From Nitriliruptoraceae bacterium (GTDB taxonomy: Bacteria; Actinomycetota; Nitriliruptoria; Nitriliruptorales; Nitriliruptoraceae): a DNA stretch of 64,000 nucleotides. Shown here in pieces: positions 19,963 to 29,189 of this stretch. Where the stretch lies: positions 1,137 through 65,136 of the forward strand of contig JAWLDJ010000003.1 of assembly GCA_041686695.1 (NCBI GenBank), in the 5' to 3' direction. The position numbers and the translations under genes were made by a program. Under the pieces are notes generated by a model. The model worked only from the letters and a program-made list of their open reading frames with translations. It was not told where the DNA came from and searched no databases. Each line of letters begins with the position of its first letter. The stretch's first letter is position 1.

Positions 19963-21540
19963 GTGCCGGTTGACGCGGCGCACAGCGCGCCCGACGCCGT
20001 GGTCGCTGCCGGGCACCAGGCCACGGTCGACGCCGCGCTCGAGGTCCTGCAGGACGGTGGCAACGCCTACGACGCCGCCGTCGCGGCGGGGTTCGCCGCA
20101 GCCGTCGCCGAGCCCTGTCTCTCGAGCCTTGGAGGCGGTGGCTTCCTGCTGGCACGACCCGACATCGGACCACCGGTGTTGTTCGACTTCTTCGTCGACA
20201 CCCCGGGGCGTGGTCGTCCGGCTGGCACACCGCCGCCGGAGCTCACGCCGGCCACGGTGCGCTTCGGCAACGCGGAGCAGGTCTTCCACGTCGGCCACGG
20301 CTCCGTCGCGGTCCCCGGGTGTCTTCCGGGCTACCTGCACGTCCACCGCCGCCTCGGTCGGCTCCCGCTGGCCCGGATCGTGGCACCGGCACGGCGTCTG
20401 GCGGCGGCGGGCGTCCGCCTCGGCCCCGACCAGGCGGCGGTGGTGCGCCTGCTCGAGCCGATCTTCTCGTTGACCCCCGAGGCTCGCGCGCTCTTCGTGC
20501 CCGAGCAGCGCGCGTTCGGCGACGACGACGTCGTACGCAACCCGCCGTTGGCGCGGTTCCTGGACGCCATCGGTGATGGCGAGGTCGACGGGTTCCACGA
20601 CACCGCGCTCGCCCGCTCGATCGCGGCCCACAGCCAGGCTGCCGGGGGCAGCCTGACGGTGACCGACCTCGTCGAGTACCGGGTGCAGGAACGCACGCCA
20701 CTGACCTTCCGGCACGCCGGCGCGACCGTGCTGACGAACCCCGTGCCGTCCTACGGCGGGTCACTGATCACCCGTGCGCTGGACCGGCTCGCCCGGACGG
20801 GCCCGGCCGGGCCGCCCGGCTCGGGAGCGCGCCTGGACCAGCTGGCCAGCGCGCTCGCCGAGGTGACGGCCTTCCACCTCGGGTCGGGGGTCGACGCCAC
20901 GGAGCAGGGCGGCGAGGTGCTGCCCGCCGGCACGGACACGGCGAGGACCGACGAACGGTCCGCGGCGGATGCCGCTCCTCGGCCGCGGACCGCGCGCGGG
21001 ACGACCCACGTCAGCATCGCCGATGGGCACGGCAACCTCGCCGCCATGACCACGTCGAACGGCAGCGGCAGCGGCATCACTCTCAGTGATACGGGCATCC
21101 TGGCGAACAACATCATGGGGGAGACCGACCTCCATCCGGGCGGCTTCCATCAGGCGCCTCCCGGGGTGCGGGTCGGCTCCATGATGGCGCCCACGATCCT
21201 GGAGCCGGACGAGGGGGCGGCGGTGGCGCTCGGCTCGGGTGGGAGCGAGCGGATCCGCAGTGCCCTGACCCAGGTGCTGGTCGGTCTGCTCGACGACGGG
21301 CGGCCCCTGGAGGAGACCGTGCTCGCGCCGCGGCTGCACTGGGACGGCACGATGCTCCAGGTCGAGCCGGGGTTCGACGAGGCCGCGCTGGCCGAGCTCG
21401 AGCGCACCTGGGCGCTGAACCGTTGGGAGCTCGGCGACCTCTACTTCGGCGGGGTCAACGCCGTCACCACCGATGGCGACGCCGTGGGGGATCCTCGCCG
21501 CGGCGGTCGCACGGGCCGGCTCACCGAGCCCCGCCCCTGA
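19963..21540 (+). CDS. ggt: Gamma-glutamyltransferase family protein
   Basis: 525 aa. The autoprocessing/catalytic Thr sits in the context GTTHVSIADGHGN, with a later GSGGSERI motif. Confidence 0.9.
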   Translation: MPVDAAHSAPDAVVAAGHQATVDAALEVLQDGGNAYDAAVAAGFAAAVAEPCLSSLGGGGFLLARPDIGPPVLFDFFVDTPGRGRPAGTPPPELTPATVRFGNAEQVFHVGHGSVAVPGCLPGYLHVHRRLGRLPLARIVAPARRLAAAGVRLGPDQAAVVRLLEPIFSLTPEARALFVPEQRAFGDDDVVRNPPLARFLDAIGDGEVDGFHDTALARSIAAHSQAAGGSLTVTDLVEYRVQERTPLTFRHAGATVLTNPVPSYGGSLITRALDRLARTGPAGPPGSGARLDQLASALAEVTAFHLGSGVDATEQGGEVLPAGTDTARTDERSAADAAPRPRTARGTTHVSIADGHGNLAAMTTSNGSGSGITLSDTGILANNIMGETDLHPGGFHQAPPGVRVGSMMAPTILEPDEGAAVALGSGGSERIRSALTQVLVGLLDDGRPLEETVLAPRLHWDGTMLQVEPGFDEAALAELERTWALNRWELGDLYFGGVNAVTTDGDAVGDPRRGGRTGRLTEPRP

Positions 21541-21646
21541 CCACCTCGCCACTCGCGGTGGCACGATCGCGCACCCACACCTCGGACGTGGACGTGGCAC
21601 CCTGTCCGGGCTCGGCGGACCACGCCGACCGGAAGCGAGGGCCGCC

Positions 21647-21961
21647 GTGCTCCTGTTGCTGATCCCCGTCGCCGCGATCGCCGTCGTGATCGGGCTCAAC
21701 TTCGGGTGGCAGTGGGTCTTCGCGCCCCTGCTGGCCTACGTGCTGCTGCGGTGGTCGGTCGCGAGCCTGCGGGTCCTGGTCACCGATGCGAAGCACCTCG
21801 GGGAGGAGACGGAGACCGCCTCCCCTGTTGGGGCTGATGAGCGCACGTTGTACTGGTGTGAGGAGTGTGGCGCGGAGCTTCTCCTGCTCGTCCGAGGGAC
21901 CGCACGAGCCCCGAGTCACTGCGGCCAACGGATGCATGAACGGACGGAGATCAGGAACTGA
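21647..21961 (+). CDS. Small membrane protein with a C-terminal CxxC...HC zinc-ribbon-like motif (hypothetical)
   Basis: In-frame GTG 21647 after GGAAGCGAGGG. Two TM helices followed by YWCEECGAE...SHCGQRMH. Confidence 0.55.
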   Translation: MLLLLIPVAAIAVVIGLNFGWQWVFAPLLAYVLLRWSVASLRVLVTDAKHLGEETETASPVGADERTLYWCEECGAELLLLVRGTARAPSHCGQRMHERTEIRN

Positions 21962-21964
21962 ACG

Positions 21965-22036
21965 TGTCCACGGTCACCCACAGGGTTGTGGAACCAGGCT
22001 GTGGAGAAGACGGATGTTCGGACAACTTTTCCACAT
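21965..22036. promoter_or_regulatory. Cluster of TCCACA/TGTGGA (DnaA-box-like) motifs in a locally AT-richer convergent spacer
   Basis: GTGTCCACGG, CCACAGG, TTGTGGAA, CTGTGGAG and TTTTCCACA occur within 72 bp. Confidence 0.3.
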
Positions 22037-22077
22037 TCTGAGAACCAGAACGGACGTCAAGCGCGCGATGCCAAGCG

Positions 22078-22106
22078 CCTGGCGCGCGAAACGTCGGCGC
22101 GCCAGG
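22078..22106 (-). terminator. 10-bp stem-loop immediately after the crgA stop
   Basis: CCTGGCGCGC (22078-22087), a 9-nt loop, then GCGCGCCAGG (22097-22106). Confidence 0.5.
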
Positions 22107-22112
22107 TAACGC

Positions 22113-22385
22113 TCACCGCCACCTGGTGAGCAGACCGAAACCGACGCTGAGCAGCAGGAACCCGACCAGCAGCCCCCAGTTCGACCCCGGCCAGACCCAC
22201 CCCCGGGTGACGTCCTGGACCCCTGGCAGGTACCCCAGCAGGATCACCAGGACCCCGACCACGAGCAGCGCTCCGCCGGCTGTGGGTAACCACGACGGCG
22301 AGGGATCCGGGTGGCGTTCGGGCGCGTGGGTCTGATGGGCGCGGGGCCGGTTGCGGCCGCCGCGACGGTGCTTGCTCTTGGGCAT
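22113..22385 (-). CDS. crgA: Cell division membrane protein CrgA
   Basis: N-terminus MPKSKHRRGGRNR followed by two TM helices (~90 aa). Its position next to the sortase/trpG/pknB cluster is conserved. An alternative start lies two codons upstream at 22391. Confidence 0.85.
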   Translation of the reverse strand: MPKSKHRRGGRNRPRAHQTHAPERHPDPSPSWLPTAGGALLVVGVLVILLGYLPGVQDVTRGWVWPGSNWGLLVGFLLLSVGFGLLTRWR

Positions 22386-22581
22386 CAGCATCCCTCGTTC
22401 GCGATGGTGCCGGTCCACGGACCGTACCGGTCCCGGCCGGCCCAGCGGGGTCGGTGGGGATCCGACCGCGGTGCTGGGCGTGGGCAGCGCCCGTCGCGCT
22501 CGCACCACGCTGGGTGCCCGTTACCCTTCCCTGGCACCACCGCGCCCTCCCGCGGTGGTCGGGCGAGGCGGGAGACGACGC

Positions 22582-23274
22582 GTGACACGGGTGGTGCGGG
22601 GCCTCGGCTGGGTCCTGGTCGTCAGCGGTGCGGTCGTGCTCCTCTACGTGGTGTACCTGCTGTGGTTCACCGGCTTCGAGACCGAGCGTGCGCAGCGCGA
22701 GCTCGAGCAGAACTGGGCGTTGACCGTGCCCGACACCCCGGTCGCCGGTGAGGCCGATGCCGCGACCGAGGACGAGGAGATCGAACTCGGCGACGCGGTC
22801 GCCGCGCTGTGGTTCGAGCGGGATGGCGAGCCGATCGTCAGCGACGAGCCGCTGTTCGTGGTCAGCGGCGCGACCCTCGAGCTGCTCCGTTCGGGACCGG
22901 GCCACTACCCGCTCTCGGACCGGCCCGGTGGGGAGGGCAACCTCGCGATCGCGGGCCATCGCACCACCTACGGCGCACCGTTCTGGTCCGTCGATCAGCT
23001 CACGGAGGGTGACACGATCCACGTGGTCGACCGGCAGGGTCGGGAGTGGATCTACGGCTACCGCGAGCAACGGATCGTGGCACCGACCGCGGTGTGGGTG
23101 GTGGGAGAGGACCCACTGGGATCGGGAGCGCCGACGATCACCCTGACCACCTGCCATCCTCGTGGGAGCGCTGCGCAACGCCTGATCGTGTGGGGTGAGT
23201 TGCTGGGTGCACCGATCGCCTCGACCGCCACGGGGGCGACGCCGGAGGAGATCGTCGGCGAGGTGGAGGGATGA
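22582..23274 (+). CDS. Class E sortase
   Basis: In-frame GTG 22582, an N-terminal TM helix, LAIAGHRTTYGAPF, and the catalytic TLTTCHP. Confidence 0.88.
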   Translation: MTRVVRGLGWVLVVSGAVVLLYVVYLLWFTGFETERAQRELEQNWALTVPDTPVAGEADAATEDEEIELGDAVAALWFERDGEPIVSDEPLFVVSGATLELLRSGPGHYPLSDRPGGEGNLAIAGHRTTYGAPFWSVDQLTEGDTIHVVDRQGREWIYGYREQRIVAPTAVWVVGEDPLGSGAPTITLTTCHPRGSAAQRLIVWGELLGAPIASTATGATPEEIVGEVEG

Positions 23275-23450
23275 GCGGATCGGCGCCCGAGGAGGCCGAC
23301 GGCGGTGGCCGCCGGTGGCTGAAGGCCGTGCTGCTGGCGCTGGCGATCGTGGTCGGGATCGTGGTGCTGTTCACCTGGGTGTTCCCGTGGGTGGAGGAGC
23401 TCACCCAGGACCCCACCATCGGCGCTCAGCTGTTCCGGCTGCCGAGGTAG
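23271..23450 (+). CDS. 59-aa single-TM protein translationally coupled to the sortase (below the ORF-track cutoff)
   Basis: ATGA overlap at 23271-23274. Sequence MSGSAPEEADGGGRRWLKAVLLALAIVVGIVVLFTWVFPWVEELTQDPTIGAQLFRLPR. Confidence 0.4.
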   Translation: MSGSAPEEADGGGRRWLKAVLLALAIVVGIVVLFTWVFPWVEELTQDPTIGAQLFRLPR

Positions 23451-24433
23451 TCCGCGACCGCCTCGAGGGACGCCGTCGCATCGCCCGGCAGGGGGAGCTC
23501 GGCGAGCGCGGCCCGTGCCGAGGAGATGCTGCGCTGGATCTGCTGCTCGGTGGCGGCCCGGGCGCCGGAGCGTTCCAGCAGCTCCCGGATCCACCGGGTG
23601 CTCGGCGCGTCGAGCTCCGGGTCGCCGAGAGCGGCTTCCAGACGTTGCCGATCCGCCGGATCCGAGCGTTGCGCGGCCTCCGCGATCAGCAGCGTGCGCT
23701 TGCCCTCGGCCAGATCCGAGGAGACGGACTTGCCCGTGGTGGCCGTGTCGCCGAACACCCCCAGCAGGTCGTCGGCCAGCTGGAAGGCTCGGCCCAGCGG
23801 ATCGCCGAAGGCGTGTAGCCCGGACAGCAGCTCCGCGTCCGCGCCCGCCAGGATCGCGCCGAGCTCCAGAGGTCGTGCCACCGAGTACCGGCCCGACTTG
23901 AGGGTCGCGACCTGCAACGCCAGTTCCCGATCGGTGGTGCGCGCCGTCGCCGCGTGCAGGTCCAGCGCCTGGCCCGCCATGACCTCCTCGCGCAGCACCG
24001 TGAACCGCCGGAAGGCGGTGAGCAGCACCTGGTCGGGGACCTGGCCCGACAGGAACAGCGCGTCGGCCTGGACGAACGCGAGGTCGCCGAGCAGGATCGC
24101 GACGGCGCGGCCGTACGCCTCCGGGTCACCGCGCCACTGCTCGTTGCGGTGCCGCGTCGCGAACGCATGGTGGACGCTGGGACGACCTCGCCGCGTCGGC
24201 GCCTGGTCGATCACGTCGTCGTGGAGCAGCGCGCAGGTGTGCAGCAGTTCCAGGGCCAGGGCGGGTCCCTCGACGGCATGCAGCTGGCGGCCGCCCGCCG
24301 CCTGGAAGCCGAGGAGCAGCAACGCCGGCCGGATCCGCTTCCCGCCGGTCATGAAGGCCCGCAACTCGGCCGTCAGGGGCGCCATGCTCGGATGGAGCTC
24401 GTCGATGCCGGGCAGCGCGGCATCCAGGGCCAC
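23426..24433 (-). CDS. Polyprenyl diphosphate synthase (trans-IPPS, GGPP-synthase-like)
   Basis: 335 aa with both Asp-rich motifs, LLHDDVID and FQLADDLLGVFGD. Confidence 0.92.
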   Translation of the reverse strand: MALDAALPGIDELHPSMAPLTAELRAFMTGGKRIRPALLLLGFQAAGGRQLHAVEGPALALELLHTCALLHDDVIDQAPTRRGRPSVHHAFATRHRNEQWRGDPEAYGRAVAILLGDLAFVQADALFLSGQVPDQVLLTAFRRFTVLREEVMAGQALDLHAATARTTDRELALQVATLKSGRYSVARPLELGAILAGADAELLSGLHAFGDPLGRAFQLADDLLGVFGDTATTGKSVSSDLAEGKRTLLIAEAAQRSDPADRQRLEAALGDPELDAPSTRWIRELLERSGARAATEQQIQRSISSARAALAELPLPGDATASLEAVADYLGSRNS

Positions 24434-24629
24434 GTCCAGCGCCGCATCGACCCGGCGACGCAGCCGCGTGAGGACAGCAGGCTCGCCCGCCGGCGCGGTG
24501 GGCGGCTCGTGCGGTCCGGAGGTGGTACTGATCGCGCGCTCCTGCTCGCTGGCGCCTCACCGTACCGCCCACCCTCGGCGGCTAGGCTCGGACGGTCCAG
24601 GCAGGCGCGGTACGAGGAGGCGGTCACCG

Positions 24630-26321
24630 GTGTCCCGCCCTCCACCGCTCGCCGCGGTCGACCGACCCTGGCTCCAGGCGTACCCCCCCGGTGTCCCGGC
24701 GTCCTACCGCCTGCCCGAGGTCCCGATACCGCGGTTGCTCGACGATGCCGTCCGGGACTTCCCGCAGGCCGTGGCCGTGCGTCGCGGGCACCTGAGCCTG
24801 ACCCACGTGGCCCTGCGCGACCGGGTGGCCGACCTCGTCACCCTGCTGCGGGAACTCGGGGTCGTCCGTGGCGATCGCTTGCTCGTGGCCACCGGCACGA
24901 CCGTGACCACCCCGGTCGTCCTCCTGGCGGCTTGGCGACTCGGAGCGATCGTCGTCCCGCTGCCACCGGGCAGCGACCGGGACCGCACCGCGGCGCGGGC
25001 CGTCGAGGTCATCGAGGCCACCGGCGTCACCGGGGTGCTGGCGACCCGCGACCGTCTCCAGGATCTGGGGGCTGCTGGACTGGAGGTCGACTGGGCCCTG
25101 GACACCACCGATGAAGGCTGGCTGGCACCGCGGGCTCGGTTCCATCTGCCGCGGGTGCGCCTGCCTCGTCGCCGCGGTGCCGACGGTCCGGTACGTGAGC
25201 TGGCGACCGCGATGGCGGAGGTGGCCAGCGCTCCGGTGACCCTCCATGGCGACGGACCCGTCCCGATCGAGGCTCCGTGCCTGCTCGTCCCGCGCTGGCG
25301 GGGTGACGACCGGCGGGCGGTCGTGCTGACCCACGCCAACGTGGTCGCCTCCACCTTCCAGGCCCGCCTGTGGGTCCCGGACATCCAGGCGGGGCGGGAG
25401 CACGTGGTCGTCGCCGGTGACCTGCTCGCGCTCGGTCCCATGATCCTCGGCTGGCTCGCCGGGATGCTCGCCGGGGCGTGCGTGGAACTGGTGCCGTCCG
25501 CTGACGCTGCGGGGCTGGCGCGCACGATCACCCGACACCGGGCCACGCTGGCGGTCCTCGCGCCCACCCACGTCACCGCGTTGCTCAGCGAGTCGGAGGG
25601 CACCCGACACGACCTCTCCTCGCTACGGGTGGTGCTGGCGACCGGCGCTCCCCTCGATCCGGTGACCGCGCACGAGCTCGAGCGTCGCACGGGGGGTGCC
25701 CGCGTCCGGGAGGGGTTCGGGGTGTCCGAGGCCGGTCCGATCACCCATGCGCAACCGGTGTACGGCCGCACCACACCCGGGGCGATGGGACTGCCCGTCA
25801 CCGACACGGTGGCGGTCGCGGTGGACACGCACGACCACGGCCGGCTCTGCGCTCCGGGGGAAGCGGGTCTGCTGCTCCTGGCCGGGCCACAGGTCTCACC
25901 GGGCTACTGGCAGGACGCGGCGGCCACCGCTGAGCGGTTCGTCGATGGGTGGTTGCTCACCGACGACCTGGTGTCGGTCGATGCCGACGGGGTCTTCACG
26001 CACCTCGGCCGACGCGACGAGGTCCTCACCCTGCCCGACGGCCACCTCGTCGCACCTCGGCGGGTGGAGGCGCTCCTGGAGCGCCATCCCGGGGTCGTGC
26101 GGGCCGGGGTCACCTGCGATCCGTCCGACGGCGCGGTGGTCGCGCTGGTGCGGTGCCAACGCCGTCAGCGACCGAGCGGGGAGGAGCTGCTCACGTACGC
26201 TCGGGGACAGCTCGACCCGCGCAGCGCGCCGGAGCGCGTCGTGCTGGTCGACGAGATCCCCGAGACCGATGCCGGTGGGGTGGCGCGCGCCGCGCTGCAG
26301 GACCTGCTGGCGGAGAGGTGA
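24630..26321 (+). CDS. ANL-superfamily (acyl-CoA synthetase-like) protein with degenerate adenylation motifs
   Basis: GTG 24630 lies 9 nt after GAGGAGG. The layout is FadD-like throughout ([27 protein letters not shown]), but the P-loop and A10 lysine are not conserved. The track ORF start at 23526 is an antisense shadow. Confidence 0.85.
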   Translation: MSRPPPLAAVDRPWLQAYPPGVPASYRLPEVPIPRLLDDAVRDFPQAVAVRRGHLSLTHVALRDRVADLVTLLRELGVVRGDRLLVATGTTVTTPVVLLAAWRLGAIVVPLPPGSDRDRTAARAVEVIEATGVTGVLATRDRLQDLGAAGLEVDWALDTTDEGWLAPRARFHLPRVRLPRRRGADGPVRELATAMAEVASAPVTLHGDGPVPIEAPCLLVPRWRGDDRRAVVLTHANVVASTFQARLWVPDIQAGREHVVVAGDLLALGPMILGWLAGMLAGACVELVPSADAAGLARTITRHRATLAVLAPTHVTALLSESEGTRHDLSSLRVVLATGAPLDPVTAHELERRTGGARVREGFGVSEAGPITHAQPVYGRTTPGAMGLPVTDTVAVAVDTHDHGRLCAPGEAGLLLLAGPQVSPGYWQDAAATAERFVDGWLLTDDLVSVDADGVFTHLGRRDEVLTLPDGHLVAPRRVEALLERHPGVVRAGVTCDPSDGAVVALVRCQRRQRPSGEELLTYARGQLDPRSAPERVVLVDEIPETDAGGVARAALQDLLAER

Positions 26322-27001
26322 GCGCTGTGGCCACGAGCGGTGCAGGGCCGCGGGCCGGGACCCGGCTGGTGATCATCGACAACTACGACTCCTTCACCTA
26401 CAACCTCGCCCAGGAGCTCGGGGAGCTCGGTGCCGTCGTCGAGGTGGTCCGTAACGACGCCTTCACGATCGAGGAGCTGCTGGCGGACCTGCCGGCGGGC
26501 ATCGTCATCTCGCCGGGTCCGGGTGATCCCGGCGACGCGGGGCTGTCCAACGAGGTGATCCGCGCCGTCGCCGGCCGCCGCCCCGTGCTGGGGGTGTGTC
26601 TCGGCCATCAGTGCATCGGCGAGGTCTACGGCGGTGAGGTGGTCCGGGCACCGGTGTTGATGCACGGCAAGACCTCACCGATCTACCACCGGCGGGAGGG
26701 CGTCTTCACGGGGCTCCCCGTGCCCTTCGAGGCCACCCGGTACCACTCGCTGATCGTGGAGCGGGCCAGCCTGCCGGCAGCGCTCAAGGTCACCGCCGAG
26801 ACCTCCGACGGGCTCATCATGGGGCTGCTCCACCGGGAGGTGGACGTGGAGGGGGTCCAGTTCCACCCGGAGTCCGTGCTGACCAGCGCCGGGATGCAGC
26901 TGCTCGGGACCTTCCTCGATCGGTGCGTGGCCTTCCGGGAGGATGCGCCACGAACGGCGCGCTCACCGGTGGCCCCGGCTCCCGCCAGCGCTTCGGGTTA
27001 G
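26318..27001 (+). CDS. trpG: Anthranilate / aminodeoxychorismate synthase glutamine amidotransferase component II
   Basis: GTGA overlap with the upstream gene. Motifs [18 protein letters not shown] and VQFHPES. Its position near crgA and pknB is conserved. Confidence 0.93.
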   Translation: MSAVATSGAGPRAGTRLVIIDNYDSFTYNLAQELGELGAVVEVVRNDAFTIEELLADLPAGIVISPGPGDPGDAGLSNEVIRAVAGRRPVLGVCLGHQCIGEVYGGEVVRAPVLMHGKTSPIYHRREGVFTGLPVPFEATRYHSLIVERASLPAALKVTAETSDGLIMGLLHREVDVEGVQFHPESVLTSAGMQLLGTFLDRCVAFREDAPRTARSPVAPAPASASG

Positions 27002-28011
27002 TCCCCAGCTCGCAGCGCCGCGAGCGCTGCCTCGAGATCTGCCACGCCGACCACCTCCAGGCCCTCGGGGGCGGTCTCGCGGGCGAGCTGGAGCTGGCTC
27101 GCCGGCACCAGCACCAACTCGGCACCCTCGTCCACGGCGGCGACCAGCTTCGCCGGGATGCCGCCGACCGGTCCGACCCGCCCATCGGCATCGAGGCTGC
27201 CGGTACCGGCGATCGAGCGGCCCTGCAGGAGGCTCTCCTCGGTCAGCATGTCGTAGACGGTCACCGCGGTCATCAGCCCTGCGCTCGGGCCGCCGATCCG
27301 GGTGCCCTCGGCCAGCGATACCTCGAAGGGCAGCCGGGCCTCGTCCACCGCCGTCTGGATCGCGATCCCGAGGCGGGGATCTCGCACCCCGCCGAAGGTC
27401 GCCAGGCTGAGCGTGACCTCCCGCCGCTCACCGTCGTGACGCACCGTCAGCGTCAGCTCGTCACCCGCCTGGCCCGTCCGCGAGCGTGCTTGGAGCTCCT
27501 CCGCCGAGGCCAGGGGGTCGCCGTCGACGGCGAGCACGACGTCCCCGGGGGACAGCTCCCCGCTCGCCGGGCTGCCGGGCAGCACCTGGACGACCACCAC
27601 CTCGGTGACCAGGTCGGTCTCCACCCCGGCGGCCTCGGCTCCGACCGCGACCGCGACCTCGAACTGGCGCGCGAAGCGTTGGCGCTCCAGGCGCAGCACC
27701 TCACCTCGGTCGGTGCCGGGGGGATAGACCTCGTCGTAGGGCACCAGGGAGCGGTCGGGTGACAGGACGGCGCCGAGCGCGGGCACCGGGGGCTGCTGCC
27801 GCAGGAACACCGTCAGCAGCTTGATGTCCCCCTCCAGATCGAAGGTCTCCACGCCCTCGATCTCGATGAGGGTGGGGATCGACGTCGGGTTGCCGGGCAC
27901 GTACTCGACCAGTGGCAGGGGCACGACGAACGCTGCCCAGGCCACGATCGCGGCGGTCGCCGCGTAGAAGGCCGCCCGGCCGAGCCGGCGGCCGAGCGTC
28001 CCACGCGTCAT
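26998..28011 (-). CDS. Membrane-anchored PDZ-domain protein with a Lon-like S16 peptidase domain (YlbL/SepM-like)
   Basis: 337 aa with an N-terminal TM helix, a PDZ region ([22 protein letters not shown]), and Lon-type GGPSAGL and VGGIPAKL motifs. Confidence 0.85.
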   Translation of the reverse strand: MTRGTLGRRLGRAAFYAATAAIVAWAAFVVPLPLVEYVPGNPTSIPTLIEIEGVETFDLEGDIKLLTVFLRQQPPVPALGAVLSPDRSLVPYDEVYPPGTDRGEVLRLERQRFARQFEVAVAVGAEAAGVETDLVTEVVVVQVLPGSPASGELSPGDVVLAVDGDPLASAEELQARSRTGQAGDELTLTVRHDGERREVTLSLATFGGVRDPRLGIAIQTAVDEARLPFEVSLAEGTRIGGPSAGLMTAVTVYDMLTEESLLQGRSIAGTGSLDADGRVGPVGGIPAKLVAAVDEGAELVLVPASQLQLARETAPEGLEVVGVADLEAALAALRAGD

Positions 28012-29033
28012 GGCAGCGGCTCCCCACGCCGCAGTCGTGCGACCGCGCGTGCCACCTCGGCGGCGCTCAGGGAACCGACCTGGCGGCCGTCCGACATGAT
28101 GTGGACGACGTCGTGGTCGCCCTGGAAGGCCTCGATCAGGGTGTGGAGGTCGTCGTCGACCGTCACCGCGGGGACCGCTGGGTCCGGCGTCGGTGCGCCG
28201 CCGACCGGTGGCGGTGGCGGCCGGTGTGCGGTGGCCTCACCGGGTACCACCGAGGTCGGTGGCAGCGCCAGCAACTCCACCACGCGGCGACCCTCGAGCG
28301 CGGCGTTCAGCTCGGCATGTCGCAGTTCGGCAGCGGCGGCGCGCACCAGGAACAGCCCCGACAGCACCAGGGCAGCGGCGACCAGCGACGCTCGCGCGCC
28401 GCCGCGCACCAGGGTCGCCACGCCGAAGGCGACCAGCGCACCGCCGATCAGCTGCCCTGCCCGCACGGAGACCCGCAGCGCACGGAGGCGATCACCGAGC
28501 AGCATCCACAACAGGGCCCGGAGCACCCGTCCCCCGTCGAGGGGGGCGCCGGGCACCAGGTTGAAGGCGGCCAGGAGCAGGTTCCACCACCCGAGCACAC
28601 CGGCCAGTTGCCCGACCGACGCCGACACGCTCGTGGGCAACAGCTGGTCCGCGAAGGTCGCCACCAGGCCGAACAGCGCCGCGGACACCAGGCTGATCCA
28701 CGGACCCACCATCGCGACCGCGAGCTCGTCCCGGGCGGTCTGGTCCTCGGCGTGCATCTCGGTGACCCCGCCGAACAGCAGCAGGGTCACGGCCTCGACC
28801 TGCATCCCCCGGTGACGTGCTTCGAGGGCGTGCCCGAGCTCGTGGGCCAACGTCGTCAGCACCACCAGCAGGGAGCCGAGCATCGCCATGGCCAGCGCCA
28901 CGAGGAGCTCGTGGTCGGCGCGGAAGATGCCGGTGAAGGCCCACGCGACCAACGCGACGAGCACCAGGACGGAGGCGTCGAGTCGAACCTCGACACCAGC
29001 GAGGTGCCGGCTCGGCAGGGGGCGGATCTGCAT
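28008..29033 (-). CDS. Site-2 protease family (M50) zinc metalloprotease with a C-terminal CBS-like region
   Basis: 341 aa with HELGHAL and NLVPGAPLDGG motifs and multiple TM helices. ATGA overlap with the downstream PDZ/Lon gene. Confidence 0.88.
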   Translation of the reverse strand: MQIRPLPSRHLAGVEVRLDASVLVLVALVAWAFTGIFRADHELLVALAMAMLGSLLVVLTTLAHELGHALEARHRGMQVEAVTLLLFGGVTEMHAEDQTARDELAVAMVGPWISLVSAALFGLVATFADQLLPTSVSASVGQLAGVLGWWNLLLAAFNLVPGAPLDGGRVLRALLWMLLGDRLRALRVSVRAGQLIGGALVAFGVATLVRGGARASLVAAALVLSGLFLVRAAAAELRHAELNAALEGRRVVELLALPPTSVVPGEATAHRPPPPPVGGAPTPDPAVPAVTVDDDLHTLIEAFQGDHDVVHIMSDGRQVGSLSAAEVARAVARLRRGEPLP

Positions 29034-29189
29034 GGCCGGACGGTACCGCTGTCAAGGGTGCTCCACCGTCGAGTGTCCCTAGCCGGTGCCCTTCCATCCA
29101 CTCCGAGTGGGAGATAGGTTCGTGGTGATGAGCCGCCCCTGCGGCGCGACGCGTCAGCCTGGGTGCGGCCCCGACCGCAGCGAGGGCAG

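Noticed and set aside
21965-22036. Chromosomal origin of replication (oriC)
   Set aside because: There are only a few degenerate DnaA-box-like motifs and no flanking dnaA/dnaN. The spacer lies between convergent genes. It is reported only as a possible secondary site.
23526-24629. N-terminal 368 codons of the 931-aa track ORF 23526..26321
   Set aside because: This part is antisense to the polyprenyl synthase gene and is Ser/Arg-rich. An in-frame GTG with a strong SD at 24630 gives a normal FadD-like N-terminus.
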